A stretch of DNA of 64,000 nt from the human T2T-CHM13v2.0 reference genome, Homo sapiens, in assembly GCF_009914755.1 (NCBI RefSeq), contig NC_060927.1. One strand, 5' to 3'. The position numbers and the translations under genes are program-made. Shown here in pieces: positions 26,169 to 43,436 of this stretch. The notes below the pieces were generated by a model that saw nothing but the letters and a program-made list of their open reading frames with translations, was not told where the DNA came from and did no database searches. Position 1 is the first letter of the stretch. Each line of letters opens with the position of its first letter.

Positions 26169-27422
26169 CCCTATGTGTAGTTTCTTGTATGCCAATTACC
26201 CCTGTAATAAAAACTTTCAGAAATTATTTAACTATTAGAATACATAAAGTTTGGGTAAGATAGATGGAAGGATATTCTGAGCTACAGAATTATTCACTGA
26301 TATAAATCAAAAAGGAATCTAGTTAAAAATAAACCGACCTTTAACTGTGTATAAGGTAATTTCTGAGCAAACTCCTAATGTTATTGGAAAGAAAATAAAA
26401 AGGTGACTGTAAAAATAATCTAAATTATTAACACTTATTCTAACCCCTATTTCTAACATTGTTCTGGGGATATGTGCATGTGTATGTGTATACATGTACC
26501 TGGTGAGAGGGTGAGGAGTGAAGAATGAGGGAGTAGTACTAATAAGCTTATCAACAATTCCGTCACATGCAACTCTATTGGATTCTTTTGAGAGCTGAAA
26601 ACAAACAACAGCGGCAATGACATGAATAAATGAGTGTTTATAAGTGTATACCTTCAGTGACCCTACAACTTACTGATTTCTATTTCAAGCTATATACCCT
26701 AACAGAGAAATTCTTATACCTCTAAAGCAACATTGTTCATAATAATAAAATACTGCCGATAAAAGCAAAAATCCAACAGTAGAATTAACAAATAAATTGT
26801 GGCATAGTCATACAATAGCATACTAACTAGCAATGAAGATGACTAAACCAGAGCTACACATACCTTTATGGATGAATCTCACACAGTGGTGAGCTTTTAC
26901 TCAACAATGAATGCACACAACATGACTGCCTTAAAGTTCAAAATCAGACAACACTATAGTTTACATAGTAAAACTGTGTAAAAATAAATAAAAAACATAA
27001 GTATATTCATCATTAAAATCAAGTACAGATTATCCAGTTTAACAAAGAGGATGTGGAAAAGGGGGCTGTGACTGGGATGGGGCAAAAGTAATTCTTCTAG
27101 CTCTAATTCTTAATATGAGTTGTAGTTACATGAATATTTACTATTGTACTTAAAACAATATATTTGCATATACTTTTTCATTTTGATATATTTCGAAATA
27201 ACCAAAATGACACTTCAGAAATGCCCACTCTTGAATCAGTATTTGTTGTACAGCCATCCTCTACATATTCAGTACTTTGCTAACATAAGACACAGTACTA
27301 ACTCTTGTGATGTCCATTAGTAAATGTATCCATTTACTGTGTGAACAGAAATCACATGGACTTCTCTTCTTAAGCATTCGGCTAACTTTCATAGAGGTTA
27401 TGGGGGATAATTCAAGAGTTAC

Positions 27423-27798
27423 TGATATGGTTTGGCTATGCCCCCACCCAAATCTCATTTTGAATTGTAGCTCCCCTATTTCCCTCATGTCATGGGAGGG
27501 ACCCAGTGGGAGATAACTGAATCACGGCAGTAGTTTGTCCCATGCTGTTCTCATTATAGTGAATAAGTCTCACAAGATCTGATGGTTTTATAAAGGGGAG
27601 TTTCCCTGCACAAGACAAGCTCTCGTCTCTTGACTGCCGCCATCCATGTAATATATGACTTTGCTCCTCCTTGCCTTCTGCCATGATTGTGAGGCCTTCC
27701 CAGGCATGTGGAACTGTAAGTCAATTAAACCTCTTTCCTTATTAAATTATGCAGTCTGGGGTATATCTTTATCAGCAGTGTGAAAACGGACTAATACA
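27423..27798 (+). mobile_element. THE1-family MaLR solo LTR with 5-bp TSD GTTAC
   Basis: TGATATGGTTTGGCT...GAAAACGGACTAATACA; GTTAC at 27418-27422 and 27799-27803. Confidence 0.92.
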
Positions 27799-29185
27799 GT
27801 TACAATGTATAATGTAAAAGTCAGGATGTTCCCTGAAATGAAAGTTTTACAATTCTTGTTTTTTTTTTTTACTTATAACCTAAGAATATTCCTAATAGAA
27901 GCAAATCTGTGAAATACACAATAAAACAGTTGAGAAACATATGCTTATATACACGGTATGCTTAACATATAAACTTTTAATAATTTATTTAAGGTATACC
28001 ATGTGTGTGTACTCACTCTCACATCCTTCTCCCTAAATTCACTGTCTCACAGCCACTTAGATCTAAACATTTTACCTAATATTATGTTAAGGAAAATTTC
28101 AAACAAAAAAGTTGTGAAAGTTTTACAGTGAACACCAACCCACTATATCCACTATCCATATTCTCCAACTAACATTTTACTATATTTGGTTCATCACATA
28201 CACAACCCTCTATCCACACATCAATCCACCTATTTTTTGATGCATTTCAAAATAAGTTGCAGGTATCAGTACACATCAGCATGCATATAATTAAGGTTTG
28301 ATATTTACAACTTTTTATGTAAGTATGTTTTTTACATACCTTGAATCCTCCTTTAATATATACCAGAAAATGCACGTAGAAAATCTTTACCACAATGGGA
28401 AATAATCTGCTTTGATGAATAGTGATGATATTTAAAAAGTATTTTTTTTCTTCTGCAACTCATTCCTTTATAAAGATTAATACACTTTTACCATCAGTTT
28501 TGCTGTTGATTTGCATTTATTTCACCTGGGTTCCCCACTGGTTAAAAAAAGGTTTCTTTATTATATTTACAATCAGTGGTCAGAGTTTTAACTAGCTATA
28601 TTCTTTACCTTCAAAATATAGTTATCAGTGACTGTTAAGAGGCTTTAACTACCAACCTGTAAATAGAATTGTTGGTGTATTCACTATAAATTATTTTAAA
28701 AAGCAATTAACTAAAAAAAGGTCTGTCAGCACAAAATGGCAAAGAAAATCCTATTCATCCATTTACCATCACATGACTGAATCACGAAGGCTATTACATG
28801 GGAAACAGAGATCCTAACATTACAGTATGTTCCACGTTTAATTCAACTACTATCATTTTTCTAGTCTTTTTCTTACTGTATTTTAAATCTTAACACCAGG
28901 TTCTCCTTAGGGTGGCTGACAGTGGGATTTACAACATATTAAAAAATACTAAAAATTCAAAAAGCTCTCAAATTTGAAACACTGAAGAATATTTTATTAT
29001 GACAAGGTCCTCACAATATAGGAAAAAAAGCACTTATTTCTGTTGGTGACTTCTAATGATAAACCAATTAAAACAAAACATTAGGGAGCAATTTAAAAAT
29101 GCCTACTATCCTTAGACGTGATCATGAATGGTCCCCAAAAAAATTATTAAAAAAAAGAGGAAACTAGATGAGAGATTTTCTAGTT

Positions 29186-29364
29186 CAGGGGTCAGCAAAT
29201 GTTTTCTGGAAAGGGCCAGACAGTAAATATTTAAGGCTTGTGGGACACAAAGTCTCTGTCACTACTCAACTCTGCAACATGAAAACAACCACAAACAAAA
29301 GTTTATTTACAAAAATGGGTAGAAGACTGTGTTTGGCCCCTGGACCCTACTGTGTTGACCCTTG
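29186..29364 (+). mobile_element. MER58A-like hAT-Charlie MITE
   Basis: CAGGGGTCAGCAAA...AAAGGGCCAGACAGTAAATATT...TTGACCCTTG flanked by an NTCTAGTN 8-bp TSD. Confidence 0.8.
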
Positions 29365-30577
29365 ATCTAGTACAAACATTTTTAAACATGAGAAAAACAG
29401 ACCCAGAAGGAGTACCTTTTCAGAGGTCATAACTAGAAACAGAGCTAGAAAGTAATTTAAATCTTATCAGTGGTAAACAAATTTTAGGAGGTGGCATCAA
29501 AGAATCTGGTTATTGAATGTGGCTGGAAGGTAAACAATTTCAGTAGTTGTGAAAAATCTTGATGGTATTAGGCATGAAGGAGTAGATCAGAAGAGAAAAT
29601 AATATTTGAGACCAGACATTCAGGAAGAACCAGAAGGAGATCTCCACCAAGTGGTGAACATTAGATATATTACTTAGAAGAGAGCTTGAGGCTAAAAGAA
29701 CTGCTTTGGTAGTACCTGCGGTATAAGTGCTAGGTGGCTGTGACAGTGTATAACAGGCAAAGCAGACAAAGAAGAGTGCTAAAGATGGGCATACAAATAT
29801 ACAGAAAAAAGAGAAATTGAAACAGAAGGCTGAGTTAGAAGTACAAGGAGTTGGGTGAGGTCCCATAAGACAGTGACACCATGGGGGCAAAGGAAGGCGA
29901 ACACTTAAACGACAGAGAAGTATCTTATGACACAATGAACCCAGGCAAAAAATACAGCCCAAAAGGTGTTCACTGCAGGTGGCCACTAAGGTTTCCTTTC
30001 TGATCTTGCTGAGGTCACGGGAAGAGCAAGCCGACCATAATCACCTGACATGAGTTTAGTGGAATTAAGTTTTCCTTTCAAAGTACTGCCAGTGAGAGAG
30101 AGAGGAGAGAACAAAGAACAAATATTTATTAAGCACATAGCATGTAAGAGCAGTGTGCTAGACACATCAATTTTCTTTTCTCATTTGAATTTTACAGATA
30201 CAATATTATCCTCTTTTACATGTGAAAAACCTAAGGCTGACAGAAGTCTCAAGGTTACAATTTGTCAGTGGTAGATAGGGATACAAATGCATGTGTCACT
30301 GACTCCCTAAAATGGTCTATCCAATGTTAAGGGCAGAAAACAAGGAAGAGTTTTTACAAAATAACATTTAAAAAGTCATTTTCTTAAACTACAGTGATTA
30401 TACCATAAAAAAGAAACATGAATCCTTTTGAGTTGTATAAAATATATAAAGGTTTTGTAAGATCACGAGGTTATAAACAAGTTTCAAAAGTTAAATAGAC
30501 TTTTTGGCAACTTAAAAAAAACCCTGATTTAAATAAAATCTACCCCTATCATGGTAATTCAACTTAATAAAATGAAC

Positions 30578-32725
30578 ATCAACATTATACCGAATGGGCA
30601 AAAACTGGAAGCATTCTCCTTGAGAAGTGGAACAAGACAAGGATGCCCACTCACCACTCCTATTCAACATAGTACCAGAAGTGCTAGCCAGAGCAATCAG
30701 GCAGGAGAAAAAAATAAATGGCATCCAAATAGAAAAATAAGTAGTTAAACTATTTTCTTTGCAGATGATATGATTCTATACCTAGAAAGCCCTAAAGACA
30801 AAGGTTCCTGCCAAAAGGTTCCTGGAACTGATAAATGCCTTCAGTAGTTTCAGGATAAAAAATCAACAAATGAATAAGTAGCATTTCTATACACCAATAA
30901 TGTTCAAGCTGAGAGCCCAATCAACAACACAATCCTATTTACAATAGCCACAAATAAAATAAAATAAAATAAAATAAAATAAAATAAAATAAAATACCTA
31001 GGAATACCTCTAACTGAGAAGGTGAAAGATCTCTACAGGGAGAACTACAAAACACTGCTAAGAGAAATCACAGATGACACAAATGGAAAAGCATTCCATG
31101 CTCATGGATTGGAAGAATCAGTACTGTTAAAACGGCCATACTGCCCAAAGCATTCTACAGATTCAATGCTATTCCTATCAAACTACCAATGTCATTTTTC
31201 ATGCTATTCCTATCGAACTACCAATGTCATTTTCCACAGAACTAGAAGAAACTACTCTAAAATTCATATGGAACCAAAAAAGAGCCCATATAGCCAAAGC
31301 AATCCTAAGCAAAAAGGACAAAGCCAGAGGCATCACATTACCTGACGTCAAACTGTACTATAAGGCTACATTAATCAAAACAGCATCATATTGGCACAAA
31401 AACAGATTCATAGACCAATGGAACAGAACAGAGAACCCAGAAATAAAGCCACACACAGCCATCTGATCTTCGTCACAGTCGACAAAAATAAGCAATGGGG
31501 AAAGGATTCCCTATTCAATAAATGGTGCTGGGATAACTGGCTAACCACATGCTAAAGAATGAAACTGGACCCCTATCTTTCACCATATACAAAAAGTGAC
31601 TCAAGATGGACTAAAGATTTAAATATAAGACCTCAAACTATAAAAATTCTACAAGAAAACCTAGGAAACACTATTCTGGCCATTGGCCTTGAGAAATAAT
31701 CTATGACTAAGTCCTCAAAAGCAACTGCAATAAAAATAAAAATTGGTGAGAACTAATTAAAGAGTTTCTGCATAGCAAAAACAACTATCAACAGAATAAA
31801 CAGACAACTTACAGAATTGGAGAAAACAGACACAAACTACACAACTGACAGAGGTCTCATATCCAGAATCTATAAGAAATTTAAAACAAATCAACAAGCA
31901 AAAAACAAATAACCCCATTAAAAAATGGGCAGAACACGTGAACAGAAACTTCTCTAAAGAAGAGATGTAAGTGGCCAACAAACATGAAAAAAATGCTTCA
32001 CATCACTAATCATCAGAGAAATGCAAGTCAAAACCACAATGAGATATCATCTCACATCAGTCACAATGGCTAATTAAAAAGTAAAAAAACAACAGATGCT
32101 GGTGAGGCTGCAGAGAAAAGGGAACACTTATATGCTATTGGTGGGAATGTAAATTAGTCCAGCCACTGTAGAAAGCAGTTTAGAGATTTCTCAAATAACT
32201 TGCTTGACCCAGCAATGCCATTACTGGGTATATATCCAAAAGAAAAATTGTTCTACCAAAAAGATACAACCATTTGCATGTTCACCACAGCATTCTTCAC
32301 AATAACAAAGACATGGAATCAACCTAGATGCCCATCAACAGTGGACTAGATAAAGAAAATGTGGTACATATACACCATAGAATACCATGCAGCCATAAAA
32401 AAAATTACGTCCTTTGCAACAACATAGATGCTGCTGGAAGCCATTATCTTAAGCAAATTACTGCAAGAATAGAAAAGCAAATACTGCATGTTCTCACTTA
32501 TAAGTGGGAGCTAAACACTGGGTAATCATGGACATAAAGACGGCAATAATACAAACTGAGGACAACCAGAGCAGGAAAGAAGGCTGCAAAACTAACCACT
32601 GGGTACTATGCTCAGTACCTGGGTGAAAAGATCATTCATACCTCAAACCTCAGCATCACCCAATACACCCAGGTAACAAACTTGCACATGTACCCCTGAA
32701 TCTAAAATAAAAGTTGGAAAAAAAT
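30578..32725 (+). mobile_element. L1PA15-17/L1PB-type 5'-truncated LINE-1 (RT to 3' end), with internal (TAAAA)n at about 30955-30996
   Basis: Frameshifted ORF2 motifs [20 protein letters not shown] and [20 protein letters not shown]; 3' end GTACCCCTGAATCTAAAATAAAAGTTGG. Confidence 0.88.
31166..31235. repeat. 35-bp tandem duplication inside L1
   Basis: ATGCTATTCCTATC(A/G)AACTACCAATGTCATTTT(T/C)C x2. Confidence 0.9.
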
Positions 32726-33943
32726 ATTTTAAACTGTTAATAACAGAGGTCTTTAGCAACAGAAGAATACTATGAAGAAACAGTCATCTAACTGGCTAAA
32801 CAAGATAAAATTGAGTATAAAAAATCTAAAACTTATTTTAAAATGCTTTGTGAAATATACTTAATAGAATGCCATGCAAAGGCTTGCATGGTATTATTAT
32901 TTTTTTAAAAGGCCATTATAGACTTCTGCATCTAGCTGTGATGAAATAACGAACACTGAAACTGCCCTCCAGGTGTAAACAACTAAGAAACTGGCTGACA
33001 AACAAAATTCAACATTTTTAAAGAAGTAGGAAAATATAAGAAGAGAAAAAATCAAAAGTCAGTCAACAGACACAGATCCAGAAATGACAGAGAAGACAGA
33101 ATTGGCACATAAGGACTTTAAAATAGCTATTATAACAAGGAGAGAAATAGAAGATATAAAAAAGAACCAAATGGAAATTGTACAGTTAAAAAATACAGTA
33201 TGTGAAATTAAAACTTCACAGGAGAGGATTAACAGGTTAGACACAGGGAAGAAACTCAATCACTGAATTAAAAAAATAGCAATAGAAACTATCAAAGCTG
33301 AAGCATGGAGGGAAAAAACATGTACACATGTGACTTGAGTCTGATGGTGGGAAGTATGGGGTGGGAAGTAGGGCAGATGCAGAAAAACTATTTGAAGAAA
33401 CATTACCAAAACTTACCCAAATTTTATAAAAACCATGATTATCCCACAAACACAAGAAGTTCAATGAACCTTAATGAGGACAAATACAAAGAATACTATA
33501 AAAACTCATAATCAACTGATAAAAGCCACTCACAAAGTGAAAATCTTCAAGAATGCCAGAAACACATTATAGACAGGGTATATACAGGGTATCAACAGTT
33601 GACTTCTTAACAGAAACAATGAAAGCCAGAAGAAAATAGAGATCTCTCCAAAAACTGAAGGAAAAATAAACCCTGGAAACCAAGGGAAACCAATTTCTGC
33701 ATCAAGTGAAAATATCCTTCAAAATACATTTTTAGGCAAACAAAAGCTAACCAAGTTTGTCACCAGCAGATCTTCACCACAAAAAAGTAGTTCAGGATTA
33801 AAGAAAGACTTCTGAAATGGGCATTCTGATCTACACAAAGGAATAGAGAGCACCAAAAATGGTAAATATGTGGTTAAATGTATGATATTTCCCCCTCATT
33901 AAAAAATTCCTCTTGAAGAAATTGTTTAAAGCAAAGTAACAAC

Positions 33944-35052
33944 TGTTGCGGGAAGTCAGGGACCCTGAACACAGGGACCAGCTGGAGCCACGGCAGAGGA
34001 ACATAAATTGTGAAGATTTCATTTTAATATGGACATTTATCAGTTCCCAAATAATACTCTTATAATTTCTTAAGCCTGTCTTTACTTCAATCTCTGAACA
34101 TAAATTGTGAAGATTTCATTTTAATATGGACATTTATCAGTTCCCCAAATTAACAGTTCTGTAATTTCTTATGCCTGTCTTTACTTTAATCTCTTAATCC
34201 TGTTATCTTCATAAGCTGAGGATGTACGTCACCTCAGGCCCACTATTGTGTTAACTGTACAAATTGACTGTAAAGCACGTGTGTTTGAACAATATGAAAT
34301 CGGTGCACCTTGAAAAAGAACAGAATAACAGCAATTTTCAGGGAACTAGGGAAGACAACCATAAGGTCTGACTGCCTGCAGGGTTGGGCAAAATAGAGCC
34401 ATATTTTTCTTCTTGCAGAGAGCCTATAAATGGATGTGCAAATAGGGAAGATATCGCTAAATTCTTTTCCTAGCAAGGATTAATACTCTGGGAAAGAAAT
34501 GCATTCCTTGGGGGAGGTCTATAAACGGCTGCTCTGGGAGTGTCTGTCTTATGCCATAGAGATAAGGACTGAAATCCGCCCTGGTCTCCTGCAGTACCCT
34601 CAGGCTTAGCAGGGTGGGGAAAAACCCCGCCCTGGTAAATTTGAGGTCAGACCAGTTCTCTGCTCTCAAACCCTGCTTTCTGTTAAGATGTTTATCAAGA
34701 CAATACGTGCACTGCAGAACATAGACCCTTATCAAAAGTTCTGCCTTTTGTCCTTTGTCCTGTTTCCTCACAAGCATGTGATCTTTGTTCTGCCTTTTGC
34801 CCTATGAAACATGTGATCTTGGGACCTACTCCCTGTTCTTGCATCCCCTCCCCTTTTGAAATCCTTAATAAAACTTGCTGGTTTTGCGGCTCAGGTGGGC
34901 ATCACGGTTCTACTGATATGTGATGTCACCCCCGGAGGCCGAGCTGTAAAATTCCTCTCTTTGTACTCTTTCTCTTTATTTCTCAGCCAGCTGACACTCA
35001 TGGAAAATAGAAAAAACCTATGTTGAAATATTAGGGGCGGGTTCCCCCTATA
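33944..35052 (+). mobile_element. MER11 (HERV-K11/HML-8) solo LTR with 6-bp TSD AACAAC
   Basis: TGTTGCGGGAAGTCAGGGACCC start, internal direct repeat of AACATAAATTGTGAAGATTTCATTTTAATATGGACATTTATCAGTTCCC, AATAAA at about 34867; TSD 33938-33943 and 35053-35058. Confidence 0.92.
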
Positions 35053-36198
35053 AACAACAAATATTGTAAGGATTATAACATGTAGAATTAAAAAGTATGA
35101 AAACTATAGCACAAAGAACAGGAAGGGGAATGGAAATACTGTCACACGGTTCTTGTTTTCTATATGACATGGTACATTACTACTTGAAGACTGACTGTAA
35201 TATATTGATGCATATTTTAAATCCTAGACCAACCTCTAAAAATGCAACAAGGAGGTATAGCTTAAAAGCCAATAGAAAAAATAAAAACCACTGATTTAAT
35301 CCATAGGTGGCAGTAAAAGAGGGGGAAAAACAGAGCAAAGGAAAGATGGGATGAAAGGAAAACAAATACGAAGGTGCAAAACTTAAACTCAACCACAGTG
35401 ATAATTACACTGAATGTAAATAGTCTAAGTACTTCAATTACAAAGGCAGAAATTGTCAAACTCAATTAAAAAACACCTAACTATATGTCTGTAAGAAATG
35501 CACTTTAAATTAAAACACATAGAGTAAAAGTAAAAGAATGCAAGAAGTTATACCATGCAAAATCATAAGAAAGATAGAGTGCCTATATTAATATTAGAAA
35601 ATGAAGACTTCAGGATAAGAAAATTAAACAAAAATAAAGAGGGGCATTTCCTAATGATAAAAGTCATTTTAAGACTAAATCTAAAATTATTGAGAATACC
35701 ATGTGTTGATGAGAATGTGAAGCACTGGAATTCTGATGTGTTGTTGGTGGGAGTGTAAAATAGTAAAACTGCTTTGGAAAATAGTTTGGTAACCATACAC
35801 TTACCATATGATCAGCAATTTCAGCCCTACTTTTTTATTCAAGAGAAATATAAACATATGTCTGCAAAAACACCTGTAAACAAACATTCATAGGAGCTTT
35901 ACTCATAATAACCAAAACCCCAAAACAAGTCAAATGTCCATTCATAGGTGAATGGATAAAGAAATTGTGGTATACTCATAAAACAGAATACAACTTAGCA
36001 TAAAAAGGAACAAACAGGTGATACAGGCAGCAACACTGACGAATCTCAAAAACATGGTACTGAGCAAAAAAAGCCAGATACAAAAGAAATATATGATTTC
36101 GTTTATGAAATTCTAGAATAGGCATCTGTAGTGACAGAAAATAGATCAATGATCACCTGAGACAGAAGATGGGAAACTGACCACAAAGGAGAATGAAC

Positions 36199-36281
36199 AG
36201 GGTGACCAACCATCCCAGTTTGCCTGGGACCATCTTGGCAAACCCCTCAGTCCAGGCAAACTGAGACATTTGGTCATTCCA
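36199..36281. mobile_element. MER94-like hAT-Blackjack MITE
   Basis: AGGGTGACCAACCATCCCAGTTTGCCTGGGAC ... CCAGGCAAACTGAGACATTTGGTCA inverted termini. Confidence 0.7.
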
Positions 36282-38712
36282 GGCTATAAAAAGAAACATT
36301 TTTAGGGTGATAGAAATGTTCTAAATCTTGACCAGGGTAGTGGTTATATGGGCATGTTTGTTGGAATTTACTAAACTGTCATTTAAAATGCCTATATTTT
36401 ATTACATATAAATTATATTTCTATTAACTTGATTTAAAAAGTAAAAAAAAAAAAAAAAGGGACCATTATGTAATTTGTGTTGCCTTTACTAAATGCAAAC
36501 AGAAGTTTAACCTTCTTAAATTGCTATTTATAAGGCTAGCATTAAAAGTATCAGAATCTGTCAAACCCTAAAATCAGAACTATTTTATATACAATATGCA
36601 TATTTTTTAAGAAAGCAAAGATGAGACATAATCAAGAGGCATTTAAAAAACTTTTCAGCCTCTGAAGTTATTCACATTTCAAAACGTTTACTTAGAGCCT
36701 ATTCCTCAAGAAGCTCTAGGGCAGAGAGACTTGTACGTAAATCAACAACAATCAGGTGACAATAGTATAGCAAAGTAAGTATAGGTAATGTGTGAGGTGA
36801 AAGTGCTACACTGCACTGGAAAGAGGAAGGGATTCAGGAAAGGTTCTGGAAGGGGAGTCAAGAGCTGATTTTACTTAAGGAATGTAGCAGGCAAATGAGT
36901 AAAAAGTACATTCTATGCACACTAGATGTGTAGGTGAAAAACAGCATTCTAAAAGAGAATAAGGACTGGATTATAGATGGATGATATAATTAAAGGCTAA
37001 AAGGTAAGCAAGTGATAGATATGAAGAGCAAAGATTCAGAACGCATGACTATCTTTAACACCACAAACATAAGACATTTTAACAACTATCCTATTTCAAC
37101 CTCTGAGTATATCTTTAGGTTTTATATTAAGTTTTTATTAGGTTCAGAGTATATTTCTACCTGATTTACTCCAGCTGAATTCTACATTTGGAACTTTTGA
37201 AACAGAATAATTGAATAATTTTATAGATAAAAAAGATGTTTGACAAATTATCATTTCATACACAAAACAAGTCTTAGGGTTCACTTGAATTTTAAGAGAT
37301 GGAAATTTTTTTTCCTCCAAAACGTTTAGACTAAAGACATATATTTTGAGTAATTAATACTTATTCCTGGATTTCCTGAAAACTGAGTCCTTTTTTGACT
37401 TAAAGGAAATTAAACTAGATGGAAATGCTTTATGCACTCTTCTGTAAGTGTATTTCATACAAAAGAGGGGGGAATTTTAAAAATTATCACACCAATGGGA
37501 AGGGAACATATTCTCAGTTATCTATTACTAGAACTCATGATCTTTTCATTTGTTGCAAAAAGCATCAAGATCAGCCTGCCCCACCCCTTTGGGGATGTTG
37601 TTCATCCCCTTACTATTAAATCAATCAATTTATCTGTTCCTGGCCCTACCTAGTTAGAAATTTATCCAAACACTGAAAAATATCAACACAGGAATTATGA
37701 GTTGATAATTACTGTCTTCAAAGAAGTACTACGGCCCAAGAAGCACCTCACAAAAAGCAACTGACAAGCTCTGAAACGCTAGTATTTCTTCCACAACGTT
37801 GTTTATTTTATAGTTCAACACCAGAGGTCGCCAAACTTCAGCAATAGAGGTGCATGTGTAGCCTTTAAGAGCGAAGTAAAAGAAAACCTATTAGAAATGT
37901 CGCTACTCCGCTTAAAATCCTGCAATTGCTTCCAACTGCTTACAAGCTAATGTGATCTGGCCACTGTCAACAGCTCCAGTCTTCTCCTTCCTGGTAAACT
38001 CATATTCTATCAACCCCACCAGGCAGAACCTTAAGCGACAACCATAAAGAAACACACCAAACCTAGTTTTACTAAATATTTATCCACTCCCTTCCGCTCC
38101 CTATCTGGTAAATACTTTTTCATGTTTCAATATTCAGCTCAATGGTTAGCTCTCCTAAGAAGGCTTTCCAGACAGCACTACTCTGAGTGAAATGCTTCTG
38201 CCTTTGTATTCTGCTCAGACATCTGGAATAATACTGGGCTTGCCCTATTGCCCTCAGTTCCTCTCCTCCCATCCATCAGTCTCTGAAGCCCCTGAAGGCA
38301 AGAAACCTCTAAGTTCTTGCCCAGCACCTAGTAAAAACTGTTCACTAAATTAACGCATGTAGTTAATGTGGTATGCACCTTGAAAGACTAAAGGGATGTA
38401 TGGCTAGGCTTATAGATAATGAATTCAATAAAGGTTTTAAAAATGAAATTATATAACACAACATAATCATTGTATAAATGGTTGAATACCTAAACATCTT
38501 CATTTATTTTCTGCATATGGAATTTGGAGTGTTGGGTTGTGTTAGATTGGCTGCTATATCCTCAAAAGGACAAATTTTTCTAAATAGAAAACATGTATTC
38601 TGTTTCAAAATATCAGTCTAATGACAATAGAATCACTATCATTTTCACTTATAGAGGACTGATATGAAATGTCATCTCCTCTGGCATTTTCCTACAATTT
38701 ACAGATTTTACT

Positions 38713-38995
38713 ATTTATTTTTTGAGACAGAGTCTTGCTCTGTCAGCCTGGTTGGTGTGCGGTGGTGCAATCTTGGCTCACTGCAACCTCTACCTCCCAG
38801 GTTCAAGTGATTCTTGTGCCTCAGCCTCCTGAGTAGCTGGGATTACAGGTGTGCTCCACCACACCCAGCTAATTTTTATATTTTTAATAGAGATGAAGCT
38901 TCCTCCTGTTGGTCTTGAGCTCCTGGCCTCAAGTGATCCACCCATCTCAGCCTCCCAAAGTGCTAGGATTTACTGCATGAACCACCGCACCCAGC
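38713..38995 (-). mobile_element. Alu (old S/J type)
   Basis: TTTTGAGACAGAGTCTTGCTCTGTC...CTCCTGGCCTCAAGTGATCC...CCGCACCCAGC. Confidence 0.9.
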
Positions 38996-39584
38996 AGGTT
39001 TTACTTTTTAAATCTACTAGTTGTAGGTAGCTAAAGTAATAAGCTCAATAATGCAGATTTTACCCAGTTTATACCTCTCCCCTATACTATATGATTACAA
39101 GTTGGTATAAGCAACCATTTTCTTGGGGTGCAATATTTCTCTCTCAGGGTTTCCTTCTAATTTCCAAAAGGCAAAGAGCAAAAAGGTATAGCTGCAGCAA
39201 TATGAGTCTTAAAGCCCCATTAAGAACTTCAGTGATTTTCATCATTTTTCAGAGCAGCAAGCTGTCACATTATTTGAGCACAAGTAAACAATTTGGGTAA
39301 AGTATTTATTTAAACTAGACAGAATGAACTACTAAAGGAGGGTCCCCCCGTGTGCCTATACTCTATTTCATTCACTCTTTCTTGCCTGTCATTTAACTCA
39401 AGTTGATCAGCTCTCCTTCCCTTTTAGGGGGCAATCGGGGTGGATGGTACAACTCTGAGAAACCCTTTAGAGTCCTTTGCAAAACTATAGTCAGGGTTTA
39501 TTGCCTTCCTTAAGATGCAGTGGAAATGACAAAGACATTCTTTTACAGATAGATGTGCTCACTTTTGCCTTAAAAAAAAAAAAA

Positions 39585-41885
<2,301 letters not shown>

Positions 41886-43436
41886 TTCATTCTTTTCTTA
41901 CTAAATAAAAATTTATACTTGGAAACAAATCATCTTCCTCCCCGCCAAAAAGTTTTGATTACGTAAACTATTGAACATAAAGTGAAAAATTCATTTTTGG
42001 TTGATACATATTCATAGGAGTCAAAAGACCTTTTTTTCTAGGTGAATTTCAGCTAAAGTGGTATTCTCAAGGAAGCAGTATAAAATAGAAAGGGGGGTAT
42101 ATGAATCTCTTGGATTAAAAAAAAATACATGTAAAAATCTGTATACACATCAACCAGTTTTACTTTCCTTCGAGAATCACTAACACTATAGTTCTTTGTA
42201 GCATCACAAGCCAAGATTTCCTTCATACTGTCTTAATATCTTATACATCAAATAAACAATAAAATATTGCTTTATAAATATGAAATAGCATTCAGTATAC
42301 TTTTAAAAACTAGAAATGCCCCTTTCTACAAGATTGCTAGTTTCTTATACTTTTCCTACTAGCCAACTATTAAGAATCATTGGTGTCAAACATTTTAACC
42401 TTTTATTGCAAAAAAGGAAGCAAGAATTCCTTAGTAAAACATAGATCCTGAAGTCAGGGGTCTAGCATATGCATGCTATCAACCTGACAGATTTCTGTCC
42501 CTGTCCCATCTCTCACCTGCCCCTTCATATACTTTATAGATTTCTCCAAAGAAAATGTATTAAATTGAGGCCCTGAAATTAGGTCAACACACAAAATAAC
42601 TCAAAAGGCAACCCTGCACAAGAATCTGCAGTTGATGACTACAGGGTATTATATCCCAGGAAAAGTAATCATATGGATGGTCCTTTGACTCAGGTCCTAA
42701 AATACAACTATAAATAAATTAGTTTTGAAGTGACAATGTCATGAAACTTCAGTTTGTCTGGAAAAAAGTTTCTTTGTATAAATAAAACATCACTGGCAAA
42801 TTAGTAAATAACTACACTGCATATTCTGGGAAAAGTAACGATTTCAAATGGATGCCATTATCTGCAAGTCAAAAGACAAACTGAGCTACATCGCCAGGAG
42901 TTATTTTTCCATGCCTAGGCACACATACTTTTAAGTATACAGGGATTTAACTAAGTATGGGTAAGTTACTGTAGACCAAATACAATTTCATAATATTAGT
43001 TAAAATTAATGTTTCTTTTGGTCTATGGAAAACATTATACTAATGTTGAGCAGTTATTGCATTAGAATAATTCTTTTAATGCCTCCGTTTTTCTTATTTT
43101 AAAAATGTTGGCATCATATCGTATGTGTAATACCCACTTTCTACAGGTGGTTATTATTAACTGTAGTCTTATTTCCTTGTACTATAATAGGGGAAAGATG
43201 TTTACCCTGGAGTTCTTGGGAGAGCTACGGGAAGGCCAAGAATCACCTAAAGTTGCATACAAACTGTTTGGTATTTATTCATTTTTCTGGGGGGAAGTGT
43301 CCACTATTACTAATAGATTTTCAAAGTAGTCCATGATTTAAAAACTATTAAGAGCTGCTGCTCTGATCAGCAATAAATGAAAAAATTTAACTGATAATAC
43401 AAGAACAAATTAAGTACCAACTAACACAATCAGTCA

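Larger units (their letters stand above)
32920..36450 (+). mobile_element. Ancient L1M element (ORF1-like region, ORF2 5' remnant, 3'UTR), interrupted by a MER11 LTR and MER94
   Basis: ORF1-like remnants (DIKKNQMEIVQLKNTVCEIK), ATAATTACACTGAATGTAAATAGTCTAA ORF2 start, L1ME-type 3' end; boundaries approximate. Confidence 0.7.

Noticed and set aside
34000-34190. Direct repeat of about 80 bp
   Set aside because: Internal to the MER11 LTR and, from recall, a normal feature of that family.
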